A stretch of 64,000 nt of DNA from an uncultured Arcobacter sp. Its GTDB lineage: Bacteria; Campylobacterota; Campylobacteria; Campylobacterales; Arcobacteraceae. A program made the translations under genes and the position numbers. Positions 1-9,185 of the stretch are shown in pieces. The notes under the pieces are model-generated. The model searched no databases, was not told where the DNA came from, and worked only from the letters and a program-made list of their open reading frames with translations. Numbering within the stretch: position 1 is the first letter of the stretch; the number at the start of each line of letters is the position of its first letter. The stretch lies in assembly GCA_965140705.1 (NCBI GenBank), contig OZ223301.1:96001-160000 (forward strand). Direction: 5' to 3'.

Positions 1-226
1 AGGTGGTAATACTTGTTTGGCTGGTGATATTATTGGGGATTATTCATTTGATGAACCCTTAAAAGTTGGAGATAAAATAATACTTGAAGATATGATACAT
101 TATACCATGGTAAAAACTACCACTTTCAATGGAATTAAGTTACCATCTATTGCAATAAAAAAGGCAGATGATTGTTACCAAATTGTAAAAAACTTTGGTT
201 ATAATGAATATAAAGCAAGACTTTAA
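1..226 (+). CDS. nspC: Carboxynorspermidine decarboxylase, 3' end (5' part outside window)
   Basis: Frame open from window start: GGNTCLAGDIIGDYSF...EDMIHYTMVKTTTFNGI, the C-terminal motifs of NspC. Confidence 0.85.
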   Translation, partial: GGNTCLAGDIIGDYSFDEPLKVGDKIILEDMIHYTMVKTTTFNGIKLPSIAIKKADDCYQIVKNFGYNEYKARL

Positions 227-245
227 TATTTAAAAGGTAATAAAA

Positions 246-1169
246 ATGGGACAAAAGCGAGTTATAATTGAAGATGAATTCAAAGAAGACGAAGAGATTG
301 ATACCCATGAAAATATAAAACATAAGTCAAAAAACTTTAAAAGAAAAAGAAATGAGCTTAAACAAAAGGGCAAAAAAGTTCAAATTTGGGTTAAAAAAGA
401 GACCTTGGAATATGAAAAAGAACTTACTTTACTTCAAATAGAATTATTAAAATTTCAAAATTATGTAAAAGATAAAGGTTTGAAAGTTTTGATGATTTTT
501 GAAGGAAGAGATGCAGCTGGTAAAGGTGGTACAATAAAAAGAATCACTGAACATCTAAATCCTAGGGGAGCTAGAATAGTAGCCCTTGGAAAACCAGGTG
601 ATATTGAAAAAACACAATGGTATTTCCAACGATATACTCAACATCTGCCTAGTGCTGGAGAAATGGTCTTTTTTGATAGGTCTTGGTACAACAGAGGTGG
701 AGTTGAACCTGTTATGGGATTTTGTACAACTGAAGAGCACCATGAGTTTTTAAGAGAAGTACCAGAGTTTGAAAAAATGATTGTAAAATCAGGAATAATT
801 TTGTTTAAATTTTATTTCTCAGTTTCAAAGAAAGAGCAAGCAAGAAGATTTAAAAAAAGAGAGATAGACCCTTTAAAACAATTTAAGCTCTCTCCTGTAG
901 ATAAAGAATCGCAAAAACTTTGGGATAATTACACGACAGCTAAATTTTCTATGTTAATGGCTTCTAATACAGATATTGCTCCATGGACTGTTATTAGAAG
1001 TGATAACAAAAAGTTAGCAAGATTAAATTGTATAAAATATATATTAACAAATGTAAATTATACTGATAAAATTGAATCTGACTTATTAAATATAGATAAA
1101 GATTTAGTAAATACTGGAACTGAAGAGATTGAGCATATGGAAAAAGAGAACAAATTTGCAAAGGTATAA
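246..1169 (+). CDS. ppk2: Polyphosphate kinase 2
   Basis: FEGRDAAGKGGTIKR Walker A, FDRSWYNRGGVEPVMGFC, KLSPVD. Confidence 0.95.
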   Translation: MGQKRVIIEDEFKEDEEIDTHENIKHKSKNFKRKRNELKQKGKKVQIWVKKETLEYEKELTLLQIELLKFQNYVKDKGLKVLMIFEGRDAAGKGGTIKRITEHLNPRGARIVALGKPGDIEKTQWYFQRYTQHLPSAGEMVFFDRSWYNRGGVEPVMGFCTTEEHHEFLREVPEFEKMIVKSGIILFKFYFSVSKKEQARRFKKREIDPLKQFKLSPVDKESQKLWDNYTTAKFSMLMASNTDIAPWTVIRSDNKKLARLNCIKYILTNVNYTDKIESDLLNIDKDLVNTGTEEIEHMEKENKFAKV

Positions 1170-1172
1170 TAG

Positions 1173-2297
1173 ATGAATTTAAATGATTTTGAAAAGACTG
1201 ATTATAATGGTTTATATGTTTCAAAAGTTGCCCATGTAACTTATGGAAGAAAATATGTAGCAAGATTTCAATATGATAAAAAAAGATATGTAAAAGTTTT
1301 GGGTTATTCAAAAAAAGATAATATTACTAAAAGAGATGCAATTACTTTGATGAATAATTATAAAGATAGTATTATCACAGCCCAAGAAGAAGCACCGAAA
1401 ATTGAAGTTTTAGACGAAAATAAAACTACAATTTCAGCTAAAGAGTATGAAAAAGTAGTTTCTCAAAACAAAGAGATGAAAGATTTATTAGGTGATTATA
1501 AATCACTTGATAAAAATGTTATGAGAGATGGAATCAGAAAGATTTATGAACTTGAAGAGCTTAAACACTATCAAATAGAACTAATCAAACTTCAAGATTA
1601 TTTGGAAAAAGAAAATAAAAGAATGATTATTCTTTTTGAAGGTAGAGATGCCTCTGGAAAAGGTGGAGCTATCAGAAGAATCACTAGATATATGAATAAT
1701 AAACATTACAGAATAGTTGCTCTTGGTAAGCCTGATGATACTCAAAGAAATCAATGGTTTTTCCAAAGATATATTCAACATTTCCCAACAGGTGGAGAGA
1801 TGGTTTTATTTGATAGATCGTGGTATAACAGAGCGATGGTGGAGCCTATATTTGGATTTTGTACACAAGAAGAACATGAAATCTTTATGGAAGATGTTGT
1901 TAATTTTGAGCAAGATTTAGTAAGACAAGGAATGATTTTAATTAAATTATATTTTTCTGTTTCAAAAGATGAACAAAAAAGAAGATTTGATAGAAGAATT
2001 AATGACCCACTTAGACAATGGAAATTTTCAGAAGTGGATATGCAAGCCCAAGATTTATGGGGTGAGTTTTCTGAGAAAAAATATGAGATGCTTAGACGTA
2101 CAAATTCAAGAAGTGCACCATGGCATATTGTAAGAAGTGATAATAAATTTTTATCAAGAATTGAAGCTATGAAAATCATACTTAATTCTGTAGATTATGA
2201 TGGTAAAAATTATGCTTTAAATTTTGAAGCAAATGATAAAATCAACATCTCTGTTCAAAGAGAGTTGATGCAAATGAGAAAATCAGCTAATTACTAA
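1173..2297 (+). CDS. ppk2: Polyphosphate kinase 2 paralog with about 125-aa N-terminal extension
   Basis: FEGRDASGKGGAIRR, FDRSWYNRAMVEP; extra N-terminal region not found in the upstream paralog. Confidence 0.92.
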   Translation: MNLNDFEKTDYNGLYVSKVAHVTYGRKYVARFQYDKKRYVKVLGYSKKDNITKRDAITLMNNYKDSIITAQEEAPKIEVLDENKTTISAKEYEKVVSQNKEMKDLLGDYKSLDKNVMRDGIRKIYELEELKHYQIELIKLQDYLEKENKRMIILFEGRDASGKGGAIRRITRYMNNKHYRIVALGKPDDTQRNQWFFQRYIQHFPTGGEMVLFDRSWYNRAMVEPIFGFCTQEEHEIFMEDVVNFEQDLVRQGMILIKLYFSVSKDEQKRRFDRRINDPLRQWKFSEVDMQAQDLWGEFSEKKYEMLRRTNSRSAPWHIVRSDNKFLSRIEAMKIILNSVDYDGKNYALNFEANDKINISVQRELMQMRKSANY

Positions 2298-2299
2298 AA

Positions 2300-4120
2300 T
2301 TACCAAGGAGATGAAGAACTATTTTCAGAATTGTTCTTTGTCTCAACTTTTTTCAGTAAGATAGGTGTTTTTTGATCTTTAAGTAAATCTAACCACTTTT
2401 TTTCTTCTTTATTTGAGAGTATATTCTTTTTTATATTAGCTTGACTTGCTTCTCTTTTCTCTTGGCTATTTTTATTTTTTTGGTTATTTTGTTTATCTTG
2501 GTTTTTTTCGTTTTGTTTATTCTTTTCATTATTTTGTTTATTTTTATCTTCATTTTTATTTTGTTTATTATTGTCACTGTTTTTCTTATCATTTTTTTGT
2601 TTACTGTTTTTGTTTTTATCGTTTCTATTATTTTTATTATCCTTATTATCCTTATTATCCTTATTATTTTTATTATTTTTATTATTTTTATTATTTTTAT
2701 TGTTTTTATTGTTTTTATTGTTCTTGTCATCATTGTTATTCTTTTTATTTTTCATTGCATTTTCTACAATTTTTAAGTTCTCTCTTGTTTGTTTATCTTC
2801 TTTTATTTTTAAAGCTTTTTCATACATTTTTTTTGCATTTTCTAAATCATTTAATTTAACATAAGTATTCCCCATATTGTGAAGTTTTTTAAACTCTAGA
2901 TTTTCATCACTAGTTGTTATATCTTTATATATATCTAAGGCACTTTTATATTTTTTTTCTTTGTATAAAGAGTTCGCAAAATCATATTTACCTTCATTTT
3001 TACTAATAAAGTCTTTAAATTTATTTGAGGCAGTTTTGTAATCTTTTTCATTATAAGCATTTGTAGCATCTTTTATAGTATTAAAATCCAATAAAGAAGC
3101 TTGCAAATTTATATTTTGTAAGAGTAATAAAAGTACAGATAATCTTAAAACTGATTTGATATTTGGTAATGATGAAAATGCAATTAAGAGTAAAATTAAA
3201 GCTAAACATAAAGGGTAATAAAATAGTTCAGTATAAGTTTTTTGTTTTTTTATTTGCATATTTATTTTATTTGCTTTTTTTGTAATATCATTTATAATTG
3301 AGTTAATATCATCGTCATTTAATGTATATCTTGTATATCCACCATTTGTATTTAGACTGAGTTTTTTTATACTTTCATTTAATTTTACCATTGCAATATT
3401 ACCATCTTTATCATTTATATAGCCATCTTTTGATGGTATTGGAGTAGGCTTATTTGTTGCAATTGTTATGATATAGACATTTAGATTATTCTTATTTGCA
3501 TATTCAATTTCTTTTTTATAATCACCTTCATTTCCCCCATCAGTTAATAAAATTATATTCTTTGATTTATAATTTTTTAGCAGTTTAGTTGAAGCTTCAA
3601 GGGCAGAAAATATATTTGAACCATTATTTATATTTAGATTATAATCAAAATTTTGAAGTAAAAAATCTAATGAAGTAAAATCATTTGTAAGTGGTGATAA
3701 AATAAATGATGATTGACCAAAAATTATTACTCCAACTGAGAGCTGATTTGGTGATTTGATAAGGTCCAATGCTTTTTTCTTTGCCATTTTTAACCTACTT
3801 GGAAGAACATCTTGTGCTAACATTGATTTTGATGCATCAATTGCCACAACTACGGGAATTACTTTTTGATTAATGTTTTGTTCTTTTTCATTTGTAACAG
3901 GTCTAGCAAGGGCAATTACCATAAATATAAGTGCTATAAATAATAAAATATTTCTACTTTTTTTTGTCAAGTTTGAGTTTGGTATTGCAAGCCTATTTAA
4001 AACATCTTGGTTAAATATTTTTTCAAATTTACTTTTTTGTGTAACGATTAAAAAAAATAGTATTAATAATGGAATTAACATCATTAGAAGTACATTAGGG
4101 TATAAAAATTGCATAAACAC
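2300..4120 (-). CDS. VWA + TPR membrane protein (BatB/BatC-like fusion) with low-complexity K/N/Q tail
   Basis: N-terminal TM segments, MIDAS-like DASKSM and LLTDGG, TPR-like helices (HNMGNTYVK...YEKAL); start may be ATG at 4114. Confidence 0.85.
   Translation of the reverse strand: MFMQFLYPNVLLMMLIPLLILFFLIVTQKSKFEKIFNQDVLNRLAIPNSNLTKKSRNILLFIALIFMVIALARPVTNEKEQNINQKVIPVVVAIDASKSMLAQDVLPSRLKMAKKKALDLIKSPNQLSVGVIIFGQSSFILSPLTNDFTSLDFLLQNFDYNLNINNGSNIFSALEASTKLLKNYKSKNIILLTDGGNEGDYKKEIEYANKNNLNVYIITIATNKPTPIPSKDGYINDKDGNIAMVKLNESIKKLSLNTNGGYTRYTLNDDDINSIINDITKKANKINMQIKKQKTYTELFYYPLCLALILLLIAFSSLPNIKSVLRLSVLLLLLQNINLQASLLDFNTIKDATNAYNEKDYKTASNKFKDFISKNEGKYDFANSLYKEKKYKSALDIYKDITTSDENLEFKKLHNMGNTYVKLNDLENAKKMYEKALKIKEDKQTRENLKIVENAMKNKKNNNDDKNNKNNKNNKNNKNNKNNKNNKDNKDNKDNKNNRNDKNKNSKQKNDKKNSDNNKQNKNEDKNKQNNEKNKQNEKNQDKQNNQKNKNSQEKREASQANIKKNILSNKEEKKWLDLLKDQKTPILLKKVETKNNSENSSSSPW
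2625..2723. repeat. In-frame 9-bp tandem repeat (about 11 units) encoding (KNN/KDN)n
   Basis: TTATTATCC x3, TTATTATTT x4, TTATTGTTT/C x3, plus one degenerate unit. Confidence 0.9.
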
Positions 4121-4214
4121 TCTTTTGTGTAGATTTATATAAAGAACAATTTTAGTAAAGCCTTAGTAAAATTTAGATAAAATCGCTCAAAATAATTATA
4201 ATGGAGAAAAGTTA

Positions 4215-5516
4215 ATGGAATTTAACGCAAAAAGAGTTGATGAAGCTAATGCAGAAATAACTGCAACTATGACTAAAGCTACAATCGACGCAAAAATGGA
4301 CAAAATAGCTAAAGAAGCTGCAAAAACAATGAATATACAAGGATTTAGAAAAGGTAAAGTTCCTGTAAATGTTGTTAAAGCTAGATATGGTGAAAAATTG
4401 TCTGAAGATGCAGCTAACGAAGTATTAAGAGATTTATTACAAGAAGGATTAGCTAAATTAGAAATTGCGAATGATGAATTAATTGGTGAACCAGGTGTTA
4501 GTAAATTTGACAAAAAAGATAATGGTGATATTGATGTTGAAGTTAAAGTATCTTCTAAACCAAAATTTGATTTAGGTGATTACAAATCATTAATCCCAGC
4601 TGTTAAAGAGAAAAAAGTAGCTAAAAAAGATCTTACTGAAAGATTAGAAAATCTTGCAAAAGGTTCAGCTCCGTTAGAAAAAATCAAAAGAAAAAGAATG
4701 GTAAAAGAAGGTGACTTCGCTGTTATCGATTTCGAAGGTTTTGTTGATGGTGTTGCTTTTGAAGGTGGGAAAGCAGAAAAATATGCATTAGAAGTTGGTT
4801 CTAATTCATTTATTCCAGGATTTGAAGAGCAAGTTTTAGGAATGAAATATGACGAGCAAAAAGATATCGTTGTAACTTTCCCAGAAACTTATCAAGCTAA
4901 AAATTTAGCTGGAAAAGAAGCTACTTTTAAAGTAACTTTACATGAAATTCAAGAAAAAGTTCCTGCTGAATTAGATGATGAATTTGCTAAAAAAATGTTA
5001 CCAAATGAAGAAGATGCTACAATTGATACATTAAAAGCAAAAATTGAAGAACAAATGAAAACTGAATTAATGTATACATATTATAGAGAAGAGTTAAAAC
5101 CTGCATATTTAGATAAATTAGTAGAAAAAGTTAACTTTGCTTTACCAACAAGTGTTGTTGATCAAGAAGTTAATTACGCTTTAAATAATAAAGTAAGAAC
5201 TATGACAGAAGAAGAGATTAAAGAACTTCAAGAAAATGCTGAAAAAGTTGAAGCAATTAGAGATGAATTAAAAGCAGATGCTGAAACTTCAGTAAAAGCT
5301 ACATTTATTGTTGATGCATTAGCTGCTGCTGAAGGTGTTGAAGTAAATGATCAAGAAGTTACTCAAGTAATTTATTATGAAGCAATGCAAAATGGACAAA
5401 ATCCTCAAGATGTTTTAAAACAATACCAAGATGCAGGTTATATGCCAGCTATTAAAATGTCAATGATTGAAGATAAAGTTTTAAATAAATTATTTGATGA
5501 AAAACTAGGTAAATAA
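4215..5516 (+). CDS. tig: Trigger factor
   Basis: GFRKGKVP ribosome-binding motif, FKBP domain (DFEGFVDG..FIPGFEEQ), upstream of clpP. Confidence 0.97.
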   Translation: MEFNAKRVDEANAEITATMTKATIDAKMDKIAKEAAKTMNIQGFRKGKVPVNVVKARYGEKLSEDAANEVLRDLLQEGLAKLEIANDELIGEPGVSKFDKKDNGDIDVEVKVSSKPKFDLGDYKSLIPAVKEKKVAKKDLTERLENLAKGSAPLEKIKRKRMVKEGDFAVIDFEGFVDGVAFEGGKAEKYALEVGSNSFIPGFEEQVLGMKYDEQKDIVVTFPETYQAKNLAGKEATFKVTLHEIQEKVPAELDDEFAKKMLPNEEDATIDTLKAKIEEQMKTELMYTYYREELKPAYLDKLVEKVNFALPTSVVDQEVNYALNNKVRTMTEEEIKELQENAEKVEAIRDELKADAETSVKATFIVDALAAAEGVEVNDQEVTQVIYYEAMQNGQNPQDVLKQYQDAGYMPAIKMSMIEDKVLNKLFDEKLGK

Positions 5517-5536
5517 ATTAAAAATAGGAAAATTAT

Positions 5537-6121
5537 ATGAGTTATATTCCATACGTTGTAGAAAAATCTGGTAGAGGTGAAAGAAGCTATGATATTTATT
5601 CAAGACTTCTAAAAGATAGAATTATTATGTTAAGTGGAGAGATAAATGATGCTGTTGCTTCTACAGTTGTAGCACAATTACTTTTCTTAGAAGCTGAAGA
5701 TCCAGATAAAGATATCTATTTATACATAAACTCTCCGGGTGGAGTTATCACAAGTGGAATGTCTATATATGATACTATGAATTATATCAAGCCTGATGTT
5801 TGTACTATTTGTATAGGGCAAGCTGCTTCAATGGGTGCATTTTTATTAAGTTCTGGAGTTAAGGGTAAAAGATATTCTTTACCTAACTCTAGAGTTATGA
5901 TTCACCAACCATTAGGTGGAGCACAAGGTCAAGCTACTGATATCCAAATTCAAGCAAAAGAGATTCAAAGAATGAAAGATACTCTTAACCAAATGATTTC
6001 TGAGCAAACAGGTCAACCATTAAAAGTTATTGAAAAAGATACAGATAGAGATAACTTTATGAGTGCAGAAGAAGCTTGTAAATATGGATTAATTGACGAA
6101 GTAATTACAAATCACAAGTAA
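5537..6121 (+). CDS. clpP: ATP-dependent Clp protease proteolytic subunit
   Basis: [29 protein letters not shown]. Confidence 0.98.
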   Translation: MSYIPYVVEKSGRGERSYDIYSRLLKDRIIMLSGEINDAVASTVVAQLLFLEAEDPDKDIYLYINSPGGVITSGMSIYDTMNYIKPDVCTICIGQAASMGAFLLSSGVKGKRYSLPNSRVMIHQPLGGAQGQATDIQIQAKEIQRMKDTLNQMISEQTGQPLKVIEKDTDRDNFMSAEEACKYGLIDEVITNHK

Positions 6122-6129
6122 GAGAAATA

Positions 6130-6648
6130 ATGGTAAGAGAAGTAATAACTTATCCAAATAAGCTACTTAGAGAAAAATCAAAAGATGTTGTGAAGTTTGA
6201 TGATGAACTTCACACTCTTTTAGATGATATGTATGAAACTATGATTGCGCAAAATGGTGTAGGCCTAGCAGCAATTCAAGTTTCAGTTCCACTTAATGTT
6301 CTTATTATTCTGATTCCAGATGAAAATGATATTCAAGCTAAAGACTCTTTAATTGAAGCAATAAATCCAAAAATAACTCATAAAGATGGTGTTCAAGTTT
6401 TTACTGAAGGTTGTTTAAGTGTTCCTGGATTTAATGAAGATGTAAAAAGAGCTCAACATATAATTGTAGAGTATCAAGATAGATTTGGGAATAATCAAAA
6501 AATGGAAACAGAAGACTTTTTAGCTGTTGCATGGCAACATGAAATGGACCATCTTGAAGGTCACCTTTTTATTGAAAAACTTTCTTTAATGAAAAGAAAG
6601 AAATTTGAAAAAGAGTACAAAAAAGCCCAAAAAAACAATAAGTCTTAA
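6130..6648 (+). CDS. def: Peptide deformylase
   Basis: GVGLAAIQ, EGCLSVP, QHEMDHL motifs. Confidence 0.97.
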   Translation: MVREVITYPNKLLREKSKDVVKFDDELHTLLDDMYETMIAQNGVGLAAIQVSVPLNVLIILIPDENDIQAKDSLIEAINPKITHKDGVQVFTEGCLSVPGFNEDVKRAQHIIVEYQDRFGNNQKMETEDFLAVAWQHEMDHLEGHLFIEKLSLMKRKKFEKEYKKAQKNNKS

Positions 6649-6698
6649 TTATTGTTAAGATTAAAAATAAAATATCCATGTAAAAATTTATATATAAT

Positions 6699-6819
6699 TA
6701 TAAAAAATGCTACCTTAGAATTATAGGTGTAATTTGTGTGGGTGATGAAGCTACCTTTACAAAAGGCTTACTAAGTTTTTTCATAGTAAGCCTTTCTAAT
6801 GCAATTAATTAAAGTCAAA
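6699..6819 (+). pseudogene. Decayed copy of the 5' end of comM/yifB
   Basis: Aligns with 10291-10413; 21-bp exact match TGAAGCTACCTTTACAAAAGG at 6746-6766 vs 10339-10359; indels break the frame. Confidence 0.85.
6762..6795. terminator. 12-bp perfect hairpin between convergent def and hisI-ribA
   Basis: AAAGGCTTACTA-N10-TAGTAAGCCTTT. Confidence 0.6.
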
Positions 6820-6843
6820 ATTAAAAAAATTCTTTTATTTGAG

Positions 6844-7743
6844 TTATAAAATATGTCCCATATGCTCTTTTTTTGTTTGCAAGTAATTTTCATTAAATTT
6901 ATTTATTTTTGTGATTGAGGGAATTCTTTCATCTATTTTTATACCAGAATTTTCAACATATTCTATTTTTGTTGGATTATTTGTAATTAACTTTATAGTT
7001 TTAAGACCTAAGTCTTTTAATATAAATCCAACTGCTTTATAGTCTCTTTCATCTTCTTTAAATCCTAATTTCAAATTTGCATCAATTGTATTATAACCTT
7101 GATCTTGAAGGTTATAAGCATTTATCTTATTTACTAATCCAATATTTCTTCCTTCTTGTCTATGATAAATAACAAGTCCTCCTTGCTTTGAAATTAACTC
7201 TAAAGCGAGATCTAATTGGTTATTACAATCACACTTTAAACTACCTATTGCATCACCAGTTAAACACTCAGAGTGAATTCTCACCATTGGTATTTCTATC
7301 TCAGAAAAGTTTTTACTCATAATTGCAAGATGCTCTTGACAACCATCTTTATATGCTCTAATATCAAAAGTACCATATCTTGTTGGTAGATTGGCAGTTT
7401 TTGATTGAATAATAAATTGTTTATCTTCTTTAAAATATGATCTATAAAAACAAGATTTAGCACCGGTATGACAAGCAGTGTTACCAATTTGCTCCACAAT
7501 TACTAAAACTGTATCTTCATCACAATCAATTTTTAAATCAATCAATTTCTGGATATGACCGCTGCTTTCACCTTTTTTCCATATTCTATTTTTGCTTCTT
7601 GAAAAATAATGTACAATCTTTGTTTCAATAGTCAAATCAAAAGCTTCCTTGTTCATATAACCCAACATTAATATCTCGTTTGTTCCATATTCTTGTGCAA
7701 TAACAGGAACTAATCCATTTGATTTTTTAAAATCAATATTCAT
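6844..7743 (-). CDS. hisI-ribA: Phosphoribosyl-AMP cyclohydrolase / GTP cyclohydrolase II fusion
   Basis: N-half: FSRSKNRIWKKGESSGH, DCDED, ACHTGAKSCF (HisI). C-half: RIHSECLTGD..KCDC, QEGRNIGL, TNNP (RibA). Single ORF. Confidence 0.9.
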   Translation of the reverse strand: MNIDFKKSNGLVPVIAQEYGTNEILMLGYMNKEAFDLTIETKIVHYFSRSKNRIWKKGESSGHIQKLIDLKIDCDEDTVLVIVEQIGNTACHTGAKSCFYRSYFKEDKQFIIQSKTANLPTRYGTFDIRAYKDGCQEHLAIMSKNFSEIEIPMVRIHSECLTGDAIGSLKCDCNNQLDLALELISKQGGLVIYHRQEGRNIGLVNKINAYNLQDQGYNTIDANLKLGFKEDERDYKAVGFILKDLGLKTIKLITNNPTKIEYVENSGIKIDERIPSITKINKFNENYLQTKKEHMGHIL

Positions 7744-7797
7744 AATTTACTCTTTCTTATTTTTTATATTTTAATTATATTCTCAAATGTTAGTAAG

Positions 7798-8052
7798 TTA
7801 AACTAAATAACCTATTTTTATTGACTCTTCCCTAATCTTATCTTTTAAAAGATCAAGTTTATAATTATGTCTTTGTGAAAATTTAAGAATCTCTTCTTCT
7901 CTCTCTTCTTGATTACAAAAAAAATATATTCGTTTTAAAAAAGGTTTAGGAATCTGTATTGCATTGAGTTGAAAGTAGTTTTCTTTACAACTTTTTGAAC
8001 AAAATACTTTACTAATAGATATTTTTTTATTACAGTATAAGCAATGTGACAT
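7798..8052 (-). CDS. Small Cys-rich putative Zn-ribbon protein (DUF2116-like)
   Basis: HCLYC...FCSKSC N-terminal motif; AGGAG RBS upstream on minus strand. Confidence 0.7.
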   Translation of the reverse strand: MSHCLYCNKKISISKVFCSKSCKENYFQLNAIQIPKPFLKRIYFFCNQEEREEEILKFSQRHNYKLDLLKDKIREESIKIGYLV

Positions 8053-8106
8053 ATAAACTCCTATTTATATAATTTTTTTGTATAAACGGATATTAACAAA
8101 AAATCA

Positions 8107-8131
8107 TTAAATGCAACTTAGTTGCATTTAA
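8107..8131. promoter_or_regulatory. Perfect 12-1-12 palindrome in divergent promoter; candidate Zur/Fur-family operator
   Basis: TTAAATGCAACT-T-AGTTGCATTTAA. Confidence 0.7.
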
Positions 8132-8171
8132 AAACTCTTTAGTTAAAATACTTCAAATAAAAAGGGATTGT

Positions 8172-9185
8172 ATGGAAAAATTTATTATAAATTCTGCATT
8201 AGATATGCATCTTCATTTAAGAGATGATGATATGCTAAAGCTTGTAGCACCTTTAACTTCAAAAAGTTTTGCAGGTGCACTTATTATGCCAAATCTTCTT
8301 CCCCCAATTACTACAAAGGAGGCTTTATTATCATATAAACAAAGAATCAATGAGTCTTGTAAAGAAGATAATTTTACTCCCTATGTTACGATTTTTTTTC
8401 AAGTGGATTATTCATACTCATTTTTAGAAGATATAAAAAATGAGATAATTGCTGTAAAACTTTATCCTTTTGGAGTAACAACAAATAGTGAAACAGGTGT
8501 ATCTTCAATGGATGTTGAAACTTTAAGACCAACACTTGAATCAATGAGTAAGTTGGGAATTCCTTTATGTGTACATGGGGAAACAAAAGGTTTTGTTATG
8601 GATAGAGAAAAAGAGTTTTTACCTATCTATGAATCTTTAGCTATTAATTTTCCAAATCTTAAAATAATCATGGAACATATTTCAACAAAAGAAGCAATAG
8701 TTTTACTTAATAAATATGATAATTTATATGCAACCGTAACTATTCATCATCTTCTTTTAACCCTTGATGATGTTGCAGGTGGAATGTTAAATCCCCATAA
8801 TTTTTGTAAACCAATAGTAAAAAGATATGAAGATAGAGATGCTTTACAAGAAGTTGTATTACAAGCACATTCTAAAATTATGTTTGGTTCAGATTCAGCT
8901 CCTCACCAAAAGGAATTAAAAGAGTGTCATCATGGAGCAGCTGGAGTATTTAATTCGCCTATTGCTTTACAACTTCTAACTGAATTTTTTGAAAGAAATG
9001 GTAAATTGGATAAGTTAAATGTTTTTGTAAGTTTGAATGCACAAAGAATTTATAATTTAAAACCTATTTCTAAACCAATTACTCTAATAAAAAAAGATTT
9101 TATAGTTCCTGATGTTTATTCTTATAAAAATGAACAAATAGTTCCAATGTTTGCAGGTAAAACTTTATTTTGGAGTATTGAGTGA
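8172..9185 (+). CDS. pyrC: Dihydroorotase (homodimeric type)
   Basis: DMHLHLRD, IMPNL, VKLYP, HGE, MEHIS, FCKP, GSDSAPH. Confidence 0.93.
   Translation: MEKFIINSALDMHLHLRDDDMLKLVAPLTSKSFAGALIMPNLLPPITTKEALLSYKQRINESCKEDNFTPYVTIFFQVDYSYSFLEDIKNEIIAVKLYPFGVTTNSETGVSSMDVETLRPTLESMSKLGIPLCVHGETKGFVMDREKEFLPIYESLAINFPNLKIIMEHISTKEAIVLLNKYDNLYATVTIHHLLLTLDDVAGGMLNPHNFCKPIVKRYEDRDALQEVVLQAHSKIMFGSDSAPHQKELKECHHGAAGVFNSPIALQLLTEFFERNGKLDKLNVFVSLNAQRIYNLKPISKPITLIKKDFIVPDVYSYKNEQIVPMFAGKTLFWSIE

Noticed and set aside
2431..2864. Several overlapping hydrophobic or low-complexity ORFs
   Set aside because: They are shadow frames of the K/N-rich repeat tail of the VWA-TPR gene.
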